DNA from: Callorhinchus milii
Lineage: Eukaryota
Length of the DNA stretch: 64,000 nucleotides
Assembly (NCBI RefSeq): GCF_018977255.1
Contig: NW_024704745.1
Span: 28,210,001-28,274,000 of the forward strand
Reading direction: 5' to 3'
Position numbers and translations under genes: made by a program
Notes under the pieces: generated by a model
The model's database searches: none
Seen by the model: only the letters and a program-made list of their open reading frames with translations
What the model was told of the DNA's origin: nothing
Shown here: positions 53,241 through 64,000 of the stretch, piece by piece
How the letters are laid out: each line of letters starts with the position of its first letter
Numbering within the stretch: the stretch's first letter is position 1

Positions 53241-53819
53241 CACTACCACAGCTCACATATGAACAATGATCGCAGGGTACCAAAGAGCAAACAATGTCCA
53301 TGGAATGACACCCCAGCATAAGGAGATTGGGAGAGGCACAACTCAATCGAAAGAAAAATGGACACTTTTTTTAAAAAAATTAACTTTTGTGTTGCACTCG
53401 ATACTTTAAATTCTTTAACTATTTTCTGATATATCACAACATTTCATACAATCAATACATTTCATTAATGGCTTGATGATTTATAGGGAACATATTCAAT
53501 TGCTGTGTGTATTTAGCAATAGCTATTCCCCGTTACATGCAGTGAAATAAAATCAAACATTGCTTGATGTAATAATATTTTACTTCACATCATTTGATTC
53601 TAACTGGTCCATCATCTTCTTCCATGGTACCCACATCAGGACAAAAAATAGAATTGCCAAAAGTAGAATCAAGTCCTCTCATAAGTCCACTTGTATATTT
53701 GACTTAGAGTAAAGCACATTGGCAGAGCTCCGAGGCAATGTGATGAATATGATGTGAATAAACTGCTCAAACATTGCTTTAATAGCTATTTGAACTATGA
53801 GATATCATTTTGCTTTGCA

Positions 53820-54650
53820 ACTAATAATAATATTCCTTGCATTTCATACAGCACCTTGCCCAATTGAGCTGTTTGTGTGTTAACACTTCAAATCTGAATT
53901 AGAATATTATGAGGTCAAATCACACATCAGGACTTGAAATTTGTATAGTCTATGTTGATGCTCTATGCAGTGCCGGTGGTGTGTTGTACTGTTGAAGGTA
54001 CTGCTCTTCAGGTGAGACATTAAACTAAGGTCTCGTCTGCATATTCAGGTGGACATTAATGATTTGAATGAGAGAAGCATGTTCCTTCCTATATCCTGGC
54101 CATCAGTTCCTCCAAATAAAATGGTCATTTACTGCATAACTGTTCGTGAGACTTTGCTGTGCACAAATTGGATGCCAGGTTCGCCCACAAAGTACAGTCA
54201 CTCCACTTTACAGTGCATCCTGTGAAGTGCTTTGAGACATCTCCTGACTTAAAAGGCATTATATCAAAAGTAAGAATTATTATTATTTATCACATCATCA
54301 AAACACTTCACTGGATGTTATTGTATAGGGTTGTAACTGTTTATTTGTAAATGAACAGCTGAGCCAATTTGCACACAACAATATCCCATGAACAAACAAC
54401 CATGAAGTCAATGGTCAATTTTATCAGGGGGATAGTCAGCAAGGAAACGGAAGAAACTCCCTTATCTTTTCAGATAGCGCTGTTGGAGTCATTAACATCC
54501 TCCTGAACAGGCAGACAGGAGCTCAATTTAACATTTCACCCGAGGGTTAGCCTAGACTATGAGCCAGCTCAAAACTCTAATGTAGTGCTTGAACCCATAA
54601 CCTTCCAATTTAGAGGTAAGAATACTACCAACTGAGTAAGGCTAACACCA
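53820..54650. mobile_element. Cluster of older Deu-SINE copies in both orientations
   Basis: Core and tail motifs on + (53900-54290) and - (54300-54650). Confidence 0.7.
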
Positions 54651-54977
54651 GCCAAATTCTTGGATTTTAATTAATATATACACTTTACAATATACTTTCT
54701 TTGGCTATCAAACAAAACATCTAAAAGCATCAGAACAGATGTTATTAGAGGTATTGTAATATGATTTTTCATTGTCATACTATCACAGACCAGGATTTGT
54801 GGGCGCAAATGTATATTATGTGTGCAAATAGTATTCTGTTCATACTTTTAAATCAAGCACAATTTTCCTGGGGTTCATTTATGCATGAACAAAGGTCTGT
54901 CTGTTTTGGGACTTTTGTTATGTTGTTGGATGCTTCAGGCTTAAGCATGTCAGTCTGGATTAATCACTTAATCCAGT

Positions 54978-55094
54978 GATTAAAAGTCACTTTCTCTGCC
55001 AATCAGTAGATCACTGGAGTTGCCAGAAAACACGTCAATTGTGATCTGGCAACTCCAGTGATCTACTGATTGGCAGAGAAAGTGACTTTTAATC
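54978..55094. repeat. Perfect 50-bp inverted repeat with 17-nt spacer
   Basis: 54978-55027 is the exact reverse complement of 55045-55094. Confidence 0.97.
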
Positions 55095-55149
55095 TTGTTT
55101 TCGGCAATAAGATATCCATGGAAAATGATTCCAGATTGGAATGCAGGTC

Positions 55150-55760
55150 AAAGAATGTGAGGTAAGAATTTGTTTTGCTTATATTTGTAGGTCATTTGAT
55201 AAAGTTCCATATGCAAGACTTTTAAAGAAGGTTATTTCTGATGGAATTAATGGCAAATTAGCTAATTGAATTGAAAACTAGCTTAGCAATATGAAACAGA
55301 AGGTGACAATAAATGGAAAAAAATGGTCCATCTGGAATATAGTGACAATTGGAGCTCTTCAGAGGACGTTTCTGTTTCCCTGCTGTTCATACTATTTATC
55401 AAAAATGTGGATAAGAGCATTTCTTGTAATGTTGCATTTGCAATTCATATGGGCAGGTGAGTAATAAGAGAAGACTGGATAGATGTTTTTAAAAAATCAG
55501 GACCAATTAAACAGGTGAGCCAAAAGTAACAGATGGATTTTAATGTAGGTAAAAGCAAAGAAATTCATATTAGAAGAAGACAAAATTAAAGTGTGAAAAC
55601 AATAAACAACAACAAATTGCATTTATATGGTGCCTTTCACATGATTATTTATCATTCATTCCCTGGGAGTTACGTTCATTAAAAATGAAACCAGAAAAGA
55701 TTTGTTCACAATGAAAGTTATAAGAGTATGGAAAGTCTTAAATATATAATCCATTGAGGT
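55150..55760 (+). mobile_element. Highly degraded CR1 RT fragment
   Basis: Remnants FDKVP..RL, KQKVTING, MDFNVGK. Confidence 0.6.
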
Positions 55761-55999
55761 ATTTAACAAGGGTGAAAATGCATTTGTTTACCGACTTTTC
55801 ACAATGAAATATCTCAAAGTGTTTCAATGTTAAATAACCAATTTATGATTATCTTCCTTCAGCAGTTAATGCCTCTGTAAGATAAGCACAAATTGGTCAT
55901 TTAACAGAAAAAACACGGTCCAATTTGAGCTGAGCTGTCATGCTGGGCATAGAATGTTGCAATTTAGTCAATATAACATAATGGTCTCCAAGGCACCGC

Positions 56000-57305
56000 A
56001 AATTTCCTACAGTTGAATGTGAACAAGACTGAGGCCCTCCTGACTGGCTCGCGCCAGCGCCTCTGCACCTCAGGCTCTGGCAGCATCAACCTCCATGGTT
56101 GCACAGTACAACTCACCAAGCCAGTCAGGAACCTAGGTGTCTTGTTTGACCCTCAACTGTCTTTTCTTCCCCACATCCAAACCATGACCCGTTCTACATT
56201 CCCTCACCTCCATAACATTGCCCGACTCCGCCACTACATCACCCCTCAGGCCGTGAAACTCTTGTTCATGCCTTCATCACATCCAGGCTCGACTATGCAA
56301 ACGCCCTGCTTGTCGGCCTTCCCAACTCCTCCCTCCACAGGCTGCAGATAATCCAGAACTCTGCATTACTTTCCAGAATTAGATAAACAAGATGTTCAGG
56401 CAGAGGGTATGTGTTTCATTCCAGACATAAGAATATTTCCACGTGTCAGAGGTATACATATGTGGAACTCCATTTGGTTTGGATATCTTTAATCTCCACA
56501 CCTCAGGCGCTGACAGCATCACCATTCAAGGATGCACGCTCCACCTTACTAAGCCAGTCAGGAACCTTGGAGTCTTGTTTGACCCTCAACTATCCTTTCT
56601 AACCTACATCCATGCCATGTCCCGCTCTGCCTTCCCCCACTTCCACAACAACGCCCAGCTCTGCCACTGTCTCACACTGCAGGCCGCCGAGACCCTCATA
56701 CACGCATTCATAACATCAAGGCTTGACTGTGCAAACTCCCTGCTTGTCGGCCTCCCCAATTCCTCCCTCCATAGGCTGCTGATCATCCAGGTGTCTGCAG
56801 CCCGTGTCCTCTCCCGCACCAGGCTCCACGAACCTACCACCCCCATTCTCGGCCAACTCCACTGGCTTCCCATCACACAGAGGATACAGTTCAAGATCCT
56901 GGTTCTTCACCTTCAAAGCCCTCCACAGCCTTGCTCCCCCTACCTCTGTGACCTTCTAACCCCCTACTAACTTGCCCGCTTCCTCTGATCAGCGGGCTCT
57001 GACCTGCTTCACGTCGCCCGCCTTGCCCACCCCACCATTGGTAGGGAACACCTTTTGCCACTCTGCCCCCACTCTGGAACTCCATCCCGCAGTCCCTCCA
57101 CTCCTCGCCCCCTCCCTTGCCTCCTTCAAGACCCATCTCAAGATCTTCCTCTTTGGCCATACCTTTGGTCACCTTCCTTACCCCCCTACTCTCCACCTTC
57201 CCCGATCCCAACCCCCAGCTCGGGTCCGAAACACTGATTGTCCAGAGCCTTGGGACGTCCTCCTGACATGAAAGGCGCTATACAAATGTAATTTTGTTGT
57301 TGCTG
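56000..57305 (+). mobile_element. Two overlapping L2 fragments in tandem (56000-56365; 56490-57305)
   Basis: Both encode TKPVRNLGVLFDPQLSF. The second continues to LHWLPITQRIQFKIL and the L2 tail. Confidence 0.9.
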
Positions 57306-57849
57306 TTTAAGCTTAGTAATATGTTTCCCAATCCAGCCAGCCTGGAGGAGAATGATAAATTGAACTGAGGGATTATTGACTAAGGCATCACGGGAAACAA
57401 TCACCTCCCTTTTTGATTAGTGGAGTGATCCTGCTTTATTATATTTTGCAGTTTTGCAACCATGCAGCACTCTCTTCCAATTTTTAAGGCAGATTATGCT
57501 TGTTAATAAAGCTACTAACCTGTGTCGGAAGTGTATGCAAAGTGTATGCAGCAGAGAACAACACAGCACAGTAAAAAAGTCAGAGATTTGCTTCTTTGAA
57601 AAATTGCATGTACGGTGAAAATCAAGCAAATGAGATTGAGGACGAGGAGGAAGAAATATAATCCAGCGCTGTTGAAATAAATGTGTTCAGTCATTCTATA
57701 AATCTTTGGGATTACTATATACTGTGGCTGATCTCTGGTTCTTTTGCTCAGCACCTCGGTTCTCAAGGTGATTTTGCTCCTAATAATTCAATCTTACTTG
57801 TCCTGACTGGCTTATAAGATTCGGCAGAATGAAATGTGTGATATGTTTT

Positions 57850-58380
57850 GTTATCTTGTTTAAAAAAAAGCCAGTTGTATGAGTGGAAATTTTGTATTTT
57901 TGATTTAACTTCATCACCCACTAACTGGCACATCGTTGTGAGCAGCTTCATACCCAACCATTGCAATGAAGTTGGGATCTCTTGTCTGTGGACCAGTTGA
58001 GAAATTAATATACTGACTGGCTTCACTAAGAGGACAGAATTTTCACCTCTTCCATTTCTAATGGGGGACACCCAATGTGAGAAGTATGTGGATGACCACA
58101 TCCAGGATGGTTTGACAGACTTTAGTGACATGCTCCTATCTTCATGACCATTTGTATTTTTTCTACAACATTGAACCTAACTAATTGCTTCAAGAACCTT
58201 TGCTTATGGAATCAATACCGGTCTAGTGACTACCAGCTAGAGAAATTATATTTTTGTCCATACCCTAAAATCTGCAAGTCACTATGAGCCATATTAAACT
58301 CTTCATGAAATTCCAGACATGTGAGGCCTAATCTCCCTTCCTGGTCACTTGAATCAAATTCAATTTATTTTCAACATGTG
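57850..58380 (+). mobile_element. Ancient non-LTR RT relic (L2/Crack-like)
   Basis: Ordered remnants W..V, KLGSL, INIL and KYVDD (aagtatgtggatgac near 58082), with frameshifts. Confidence 0.35.
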
Positions 58381-61300
58381 AATACAGATTTTATTGAGCT
58401 GACGTTTCAGTGCGCTTCTGAAGGAATGTTGCATTGTTGAAAAAATATATTTGTTCAAATGTTTTATTAAAACCAAGTGGGCTCCAAGCTTTCAATTGCT
58501 GCCAGTGCCTCATGAACCAGCATTGGGAATACTCCAATACCACCAACAACAAATTGCATTTATACAGTAACACTTGCATAAATCTTATCTTTAAAATTGT
58601 ATATTTGCCTAAGACGTACATTCACCCCTGTTCCATTCAGTTTCTTATCGAAACCACTTAGATTTCTTTGCACCACTCATATTAATCATCTCCTAACTCG
58701 TAATGCTGCTTCTCTGCTCTCCATTACTCCTGCACTTTCTGGCTGCATTGAATCGTGGGAAATGACAGACTAACCGGTTGACGCATGTGCACTTACCAGC
58801 CAGCTGCATTGAATCACGGGAAATATTGTTTTAATCCATCGATGCATACGCAGAAGAATTTAATTTCCCACAATTCAATGTGATTCCAATGGTAAGTGTG
58901 CATGCCGTGACGGGTATTAAATGATATCAATGGTTCACATCTATGGCTCTTAAGCTTTAAGATTCTCACCTTAGTTTAATGAAGCATTGAAGGCATGGAT
59001 TTTAATTACTTTATTCAGCCTGAACAGTTTAGTGGATTCTGAATCAAAGCCATAATCAAGGATCAGTTCAACCTTTGAGTATCTGCTTTCTGAGGTAGGA
59101 GATGAAAGAGAATTATACTGATTTCAGAAATGTTTTTTACACATTGTCTTTATTTGACTGGTGGTAATTTTCATTGGGAAAGGCTGCAACTCCAGAATCA
59201 ATGCACATGTTTGATTAAAGCACTGCTTTGTGCATTGAAAGAAAATTTCTACTCTTCCCCTTCCTTGAGCTGAACATCAAGTTAGAGATTATTTGTTATA
59301 TTATTTCAAGGACTCTTTTGCTTCAGTTAGATATATGCTCTTGGGTTATTTATGTCTGGCTTTCCACTATTTAATCTTGATTTAATTAACAAACAAACAA
59401 ACAAACAAATAAATAAATACATTGTAATTGGTTGATACTTTTGTCAAAAAAAATATTGAAATGAATAGAGGCCAGCTAGCACATTACTGGTTTAAAATTG
59501 TGATACATATATTAGTATATATATATAAAATATACTTATCTGTCTGTCTGTCTATATATCTATATATATACATATATATTTATATATAAACATTTGTCAT
59601 GTTGCTAAACTGTGGATCAAGCCACGAATAATGGAACGATTGCATCACCTGATGATCATATTTAAAGAGACAAGATTTGTTTAAATAAGCTTTGGGCATG
59701 TATCAATTCCAGTAAAGTTCAATAGAGATATTTGAGCCTTCGAAAGTGTGTTGAGGTAGTTATTCATTAGATTTGCGGTTGACATGAAGTAAGTATCTTT
59801 GAAGATTTGAAACAAAACCAGATTTTCGCTTCCGAACTTGCACAGCAAAAAATATTTTGTATTCTAAATGTGCAATTTGAAGAACAAAATTTAAATGATA
59901 GTCCAAATAAAAGATAAAGTTGGATGAAGAGTGGAGGAGATCAATGAGATGAAGAAAGAACAAAAGAACAACACTATGTAGTCCTAGTGAAACACTGATT
60001 TGATGGAAAAAGAGCTGGAACAACCATCAAATGTAAAATAGATAAAGAGATTTGAGAGGAAGATAGATATTTGGAAACATAGCTTTGGTCTAAGGTTATA
60101 AGAAGTAAATTATTTGGAAGTGTACAGTGCAAGAACTTGGCAAAGGCTTTGAAGATATCCTAAGCAATAACAAATGAAGTAATAAAGTATTGAAGAGTAG
60201 TTTTGAAAGCTGTACATATACCATAAGCTAGAAGGTCACCAGTAGAGATGCCAAGTCAGAAATAATATTGACAATTATGGATTTGATCAGAACTTTCAAA
60301 GTTTGAAAATGTTCTATCTTTGTTGCCTGAGGGCTGTTAGAATCATATATCTTGTTGGTGCAGTTTGAGAACAAAAAAAAGCACAAACTCAGTTCATACA
60401 TTAAGAAGCTTATTATTCTTATTCCTCCTACTGTCTATTTTTCTTTAATATTGTATTGAAATATTATCTATAGTTTCATATGAAGTTCAATCACATATGC
60501 TTTGCCTAAAAATAATATACCATTAATATATAATTAAAAAATATATTATCCAGCAGTTAGGCACAATAAATAGCGTGGAACAACTTACATTATACTGAAG
60601 GGAAACATTATAGGAATCATTCTTGCCAATCTACTGGTGCAGAAAATAGACCACGCACTGGTCCATGTCGCCCCCTACATTTTAATGTAAGATTCGTGTT
60701 CCTTTTCAAATAGAAATCTACTTCCAAATTGCTTTACCTTTTGTAAGAATCTTACTCTAACACATGGGGCAACGTTTTGGAATGCTTAGCAGTGGCAGAG
60801 CCTGACGTCAAGCTGGGGCAAGGGAGAAGGTGACAGTAACCACAGTCGAAGTGGAAGATCTTCAATCATGATCTAAAGGGAAGGAGGGGGCAAGCCGGAG
60901 GGATTATGGGAAGAGAGTTCCAAAGCTTTTGGTTTACAAAGCTCATTCCGATTGTATTAATATGTTTGTGGAATAGTTCTCAAACTGCACCAACAAGATA
61001 TATGATTCTAACAGCCCTCAGGCAAAAAAGATAGAACTAGCTTCCTGGGGTGCTACATTGACTCATTCCGATTGTAGCCAATACATCCTCTTAAATATGC
61101 TGCATTGAATATTTTAAAAGGGCTGGGAACAATGTGAGGTGGTCTTGTCCTGTAGTGTTAGTTTAACACATAGAGTAAACCAGATATATTGGAATATTTG
61201 CTACAAAGTTGCATTTCTGTGCAAAATCACACATGCATTATTTAGAAATAAATACTGAAACAAAAGTTAAGCCAACTGTTAAGAGAAAGTTTTTATTGAA

Positions 61301-61552
61301 GTTAGCCAACAGTGATCTTTCACTACTCTTCCTGTGCACTAAATCTGTTGATGTAAGATACAACTGAAGCATGAATCAATAACCTGCGGCAAGTAAAATG
61401 TTAAACAACTCATTTATACTCTATTATTTTAAATATGAGTTTTGTAATTTGCAGAATGAGTGAAATCGAATAATAATAATTCTTGTTTTTGATATTATGC
61501 TTTATTTTTCATCTCATTGACATGTCTCAAAATGGTTCACAGGATATACCAT

Positions 61553-61865
61553 AAACAACAACAAATTGCATTTATATAGTGCCTTTCAAGTTGGGAAGAC
61601 ATCCCAAACGTGACATGGAGGGGTTTGCACTCAAGCTGAAGATTGTAGTCATATGGGGTGGAGGGCAAGGGGGATAGAGTTGTGAGAATAATTGAAAGCA
61701 CGGTGAAAGAGGAAGGTCTTGAGATGGGCCTTGAAGGAGGCAGGAGAAGGGATGAAGTAGAGAAGGGATTCAGAAATGGCATTTCAAAGGGTGGGGGCAG
61801 AAAGGCTGAAGGCCCGATCACTGAATGTGGGACTGGAAGGGCGGGGGAACATGGAGCAGGCCAGT
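61553..61865 (-). mobile_element. L2 3' end
   Basis: (AAC)n tail and 3' UTR as in the other copies. Confidence 0.75.
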
Positions 61866-62271
61866 GATTTTGCGAGGGGTCAAGACACGTTGAATCACAG
61901 GAAACTTAGTCTTGACATGTCATTGAATGTGCATTCACAAGCTGCAGTCAACAAGTACTGCATGCCCACTTACCGGTTGTGAATTATGCATGTGCAGTGT
62001 GGATTATTAATTAAATCTGATTATATAACAATTTATACAATTTGGCTGCAACTCGGACTTTGCGTGAGTCATATTAAACGTCCTGACTGATACAATTTAT
62101 GTGAGTTTTATTGGCAAAACATTGACCTTTTGATGTATCATTGTGTGCTTATGATTTGCTGCTAACTAGCTCAAATTAAACTGTACTGCAGATGCCGGAA
62201 ATCTGGTATAAACACAAAAGTCGCTGGGAACATGCAGCAGGTCAGGCAGCATCCATGGAGAGATAAAAATT

Positions 62272-62308
62272 AGCTAACGTTTCAGGTCTATGACCTTTCG
62301 TCAGAACT
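62272..62308 (-). ncRNA. Minimal type-I hammerhead ribozyme motif
   Basis: Minus strand AGTT-CTGACGA-A-AGGTC/ATA/GACCT-GAAACGTT-AGCT, with a perfect stem II. Confidence 0.75.
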
Positions 62309-62444
62309 GGGGGATGTTGGAAGGGAGCAGATTATAAGGACAAGCAGAGAAGGGGTCAGGGAAAGAAAGACAGAGGAAACATTTTTAGATGGAGGACCGG
62401 AGATGATGAAATTAGAGGTGTTGATGGTGCAAGGCATTATAAAT

Positions 62445-63568
62445 TAGACTGCATTAGAATATACAGCACAGAAACAGGCCATTCGGCCCAAATGATCTAT
62501 GCCGGTGTTTATGCGCCACTTGAGCCTCCTCCTGCCCTTCCTCAAATAAGCCTTCAAGCATAACTTTCTGTTCCTTTTTCCCTCATGTACCCATCCAGCT
62601 TTTTCTTAAATACATCTATGCTATTTGCCTCAACAATTCTCCATGCTCCATATTCCCACTACTCTCTGTGTGAAGAAATTTCTTCTAACTTCCCTATTTG
62701 ATCTATTTGTGACTATTTTATATTGATGCCCCAGGTTTTGATTTCCCCCACAAGTGGAAACGTCTTCCCTGTGTCTATCCTATCAAAACCGTTCATCATT
62801 TTAAAGACCTGTATCAGGTCACCCCTTACCCTCCTCTTTTCAAGAGAAAAGAGTCCAAGCATGCTCAGCCTTTCCTGAGAGGTATAACGTCTCAGTTCTG
62901 GGATCATCCTTGTGAATCTCCTTTGCACCCTCTCCAGTGCCTCTACATCCCTTCTATAATGTGGGGACCAGAACTGCACACAGTATTCTAAGTGTGGTCT
63001 AACCAAGGTTCTATAGCAGTTTACCATAACTTCCCTGCTTTTCATTTCTATCGCTCTAGAAATGAACCCTAATGCCTGGTTTGCCTTTTTTATGGGCTTA
63101 TTAACCTGCATTGCCACCTTTAGTGAATTGTGTATGTCTGCCCCTAGATCCCTTTGCTCCTCTACCCCATTTAAGTTTTTATTTTCCAGGATGTATGTGA
63201 CTTCCTTATTCCTTCTACCAAACTGTACCAGCTCACACTTTTCTACATTGAAATGCATTTGCCATTTAAATGCCCACTCAGCAAGTTTATTAATGTCTTG
63301 CTGTAATTTGTTGCCGTCCTCCTCTGTATTAACTACTCCCCCCAATTTGGTTTTGTCTGCAAATTTTGAAATTGTACTGCTGATTCCCAAGTCCAAACCA
63401 TTAATGTATATTGTGAACAACAGTGGTCCCAATACCGATCCTTGTGGAACACCACTGCCCACCCCTGCCAGTCTGAGTAGCTAACCTTTACCCCTACTCT
63501 CTGCTTTCTGTTTTGTAGCCAGCTTGCTATCCATTCTGCTAATTTTTCCTCTGACTCCACATGCTCTG
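62445..63568 (-). mobile_element. Young CR1 LINE (RT C-terminal half plus 3' UTR) inserted in a Penelope element
   Basis: ORF 62713-63462 SGVPQGSVLGPLLF, KFADKTKLGG, LVRPHLEYCVQFWSP, LERVQRRFTRMIP. Confidence 0.95.
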
Positions 63569-63876
63569 AGAAAAGGCAATATGCGGATTATAAAATGAAC
63601 AGATGTATCTAAGAACCAGAGGATGTGTTACTGATTTTAGAAGAGGGGGAGGGGGTGGAGACAAGGCTGAGAAAAGGTGGGAGCTGTAGTTAGAGTCTGA
63701 AGTGGTTGAAATCAATGTTGAGGCTAGAGAGCTGTAAGGTGCCCAGGAGGCAGATGAAGTGCAGTTCTTTGAGCTTGTTTGAGCTTTGTTCGAACAGCGT
63801 AGGAGACCATGGATAGAGAGGTCACAGTGGGAGTCGGAACTTTGTCCTTATAATCTACTCCCTTCCAACATCCCTC

Positions 63877-63913
63877 AGTTCTGACGAAAGACCATAGACT
63901 TGAAACGTTAACT
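63877..63913 (+). ncRNA. Hammerhead motif with degraded stem II
   Basis: AGTT-CTGACGA-AAGACCATAGACTT-GAAACGTT-AACT. Confidence 0.55.
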
Positions 63914-64000
63914 CATTTTCAAATTAAACATGAAGCAATACAGGTTACGTTAGAATTCTATGATGTCATCTGAAGGAGGTGATTTCAGCAGCAGTGGAAC

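Larger units (their letters stand above)
62175..63920 (-). mobile_element. Penelope-like element split by CR1, with an inverted pLTR fragment at its 5' end
   Basis: pLTR 62175-62435 (-). ORF end ~63690-63838 (-): SDSHCDLSIHGLL..KLKELHFICLLGTLQLSSLNIDFNHFRL-stop, with one frameshift. Inverted pLTR copy 63842-63920 (+). Confidence 0.8.

Noticed and set aside
9500-62000. Numerous 60-140 aa ORFs in the intergenic region
   Set aside because: They lie in SINE/LINE copies or AT-rich DNA, with no coherent exon structure or protein motifs.
62713-63462. 249-aa RT ORF as a possible domesticated or novel RT gene
   Set aside because: It is an ordinary 5'-truncated CR1 with a mutated catalytic motif (FADK) and nearby frameshifts.

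Overview
This is eukaryotic (vertebrate) genomic DNA. The repeat content (Deu-domain tRNA-SINEs, L2 and CR1 LINEs, Penelope-like elements) suggests a cartilaginous fish; that assignment is inference. I find only one host gene: a four-exon delta-2 protocadherin of the PCDH8/PAPC (paraxial protocadherin) type on the + strand, about 4132-8939. It encodes about 1037 aa once two single-base homopolymer frameshifts are corrected. The remaining ~55 kb is gene-poor and filled with fragmented, nested retroelements, so nearly all other ORFs in the track are repeat-derived or spurious. The most notable items are Penelope elements carrying minimal hammerhead ribozyme motifs, a probable SINE 3' transduction, a templated inverted insertion with a 15-bp direct repeat, a perfect 50-bp palindrome, a pre-miRNA-like hairpin, a TIR-bounded 1.7-kb segment, a Helitron-like element and an upstream T-box site cluster. 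I found no convincing novel multi-gene system. Repeat boundaries are approximate and family names come from motif recognition, not database searches.
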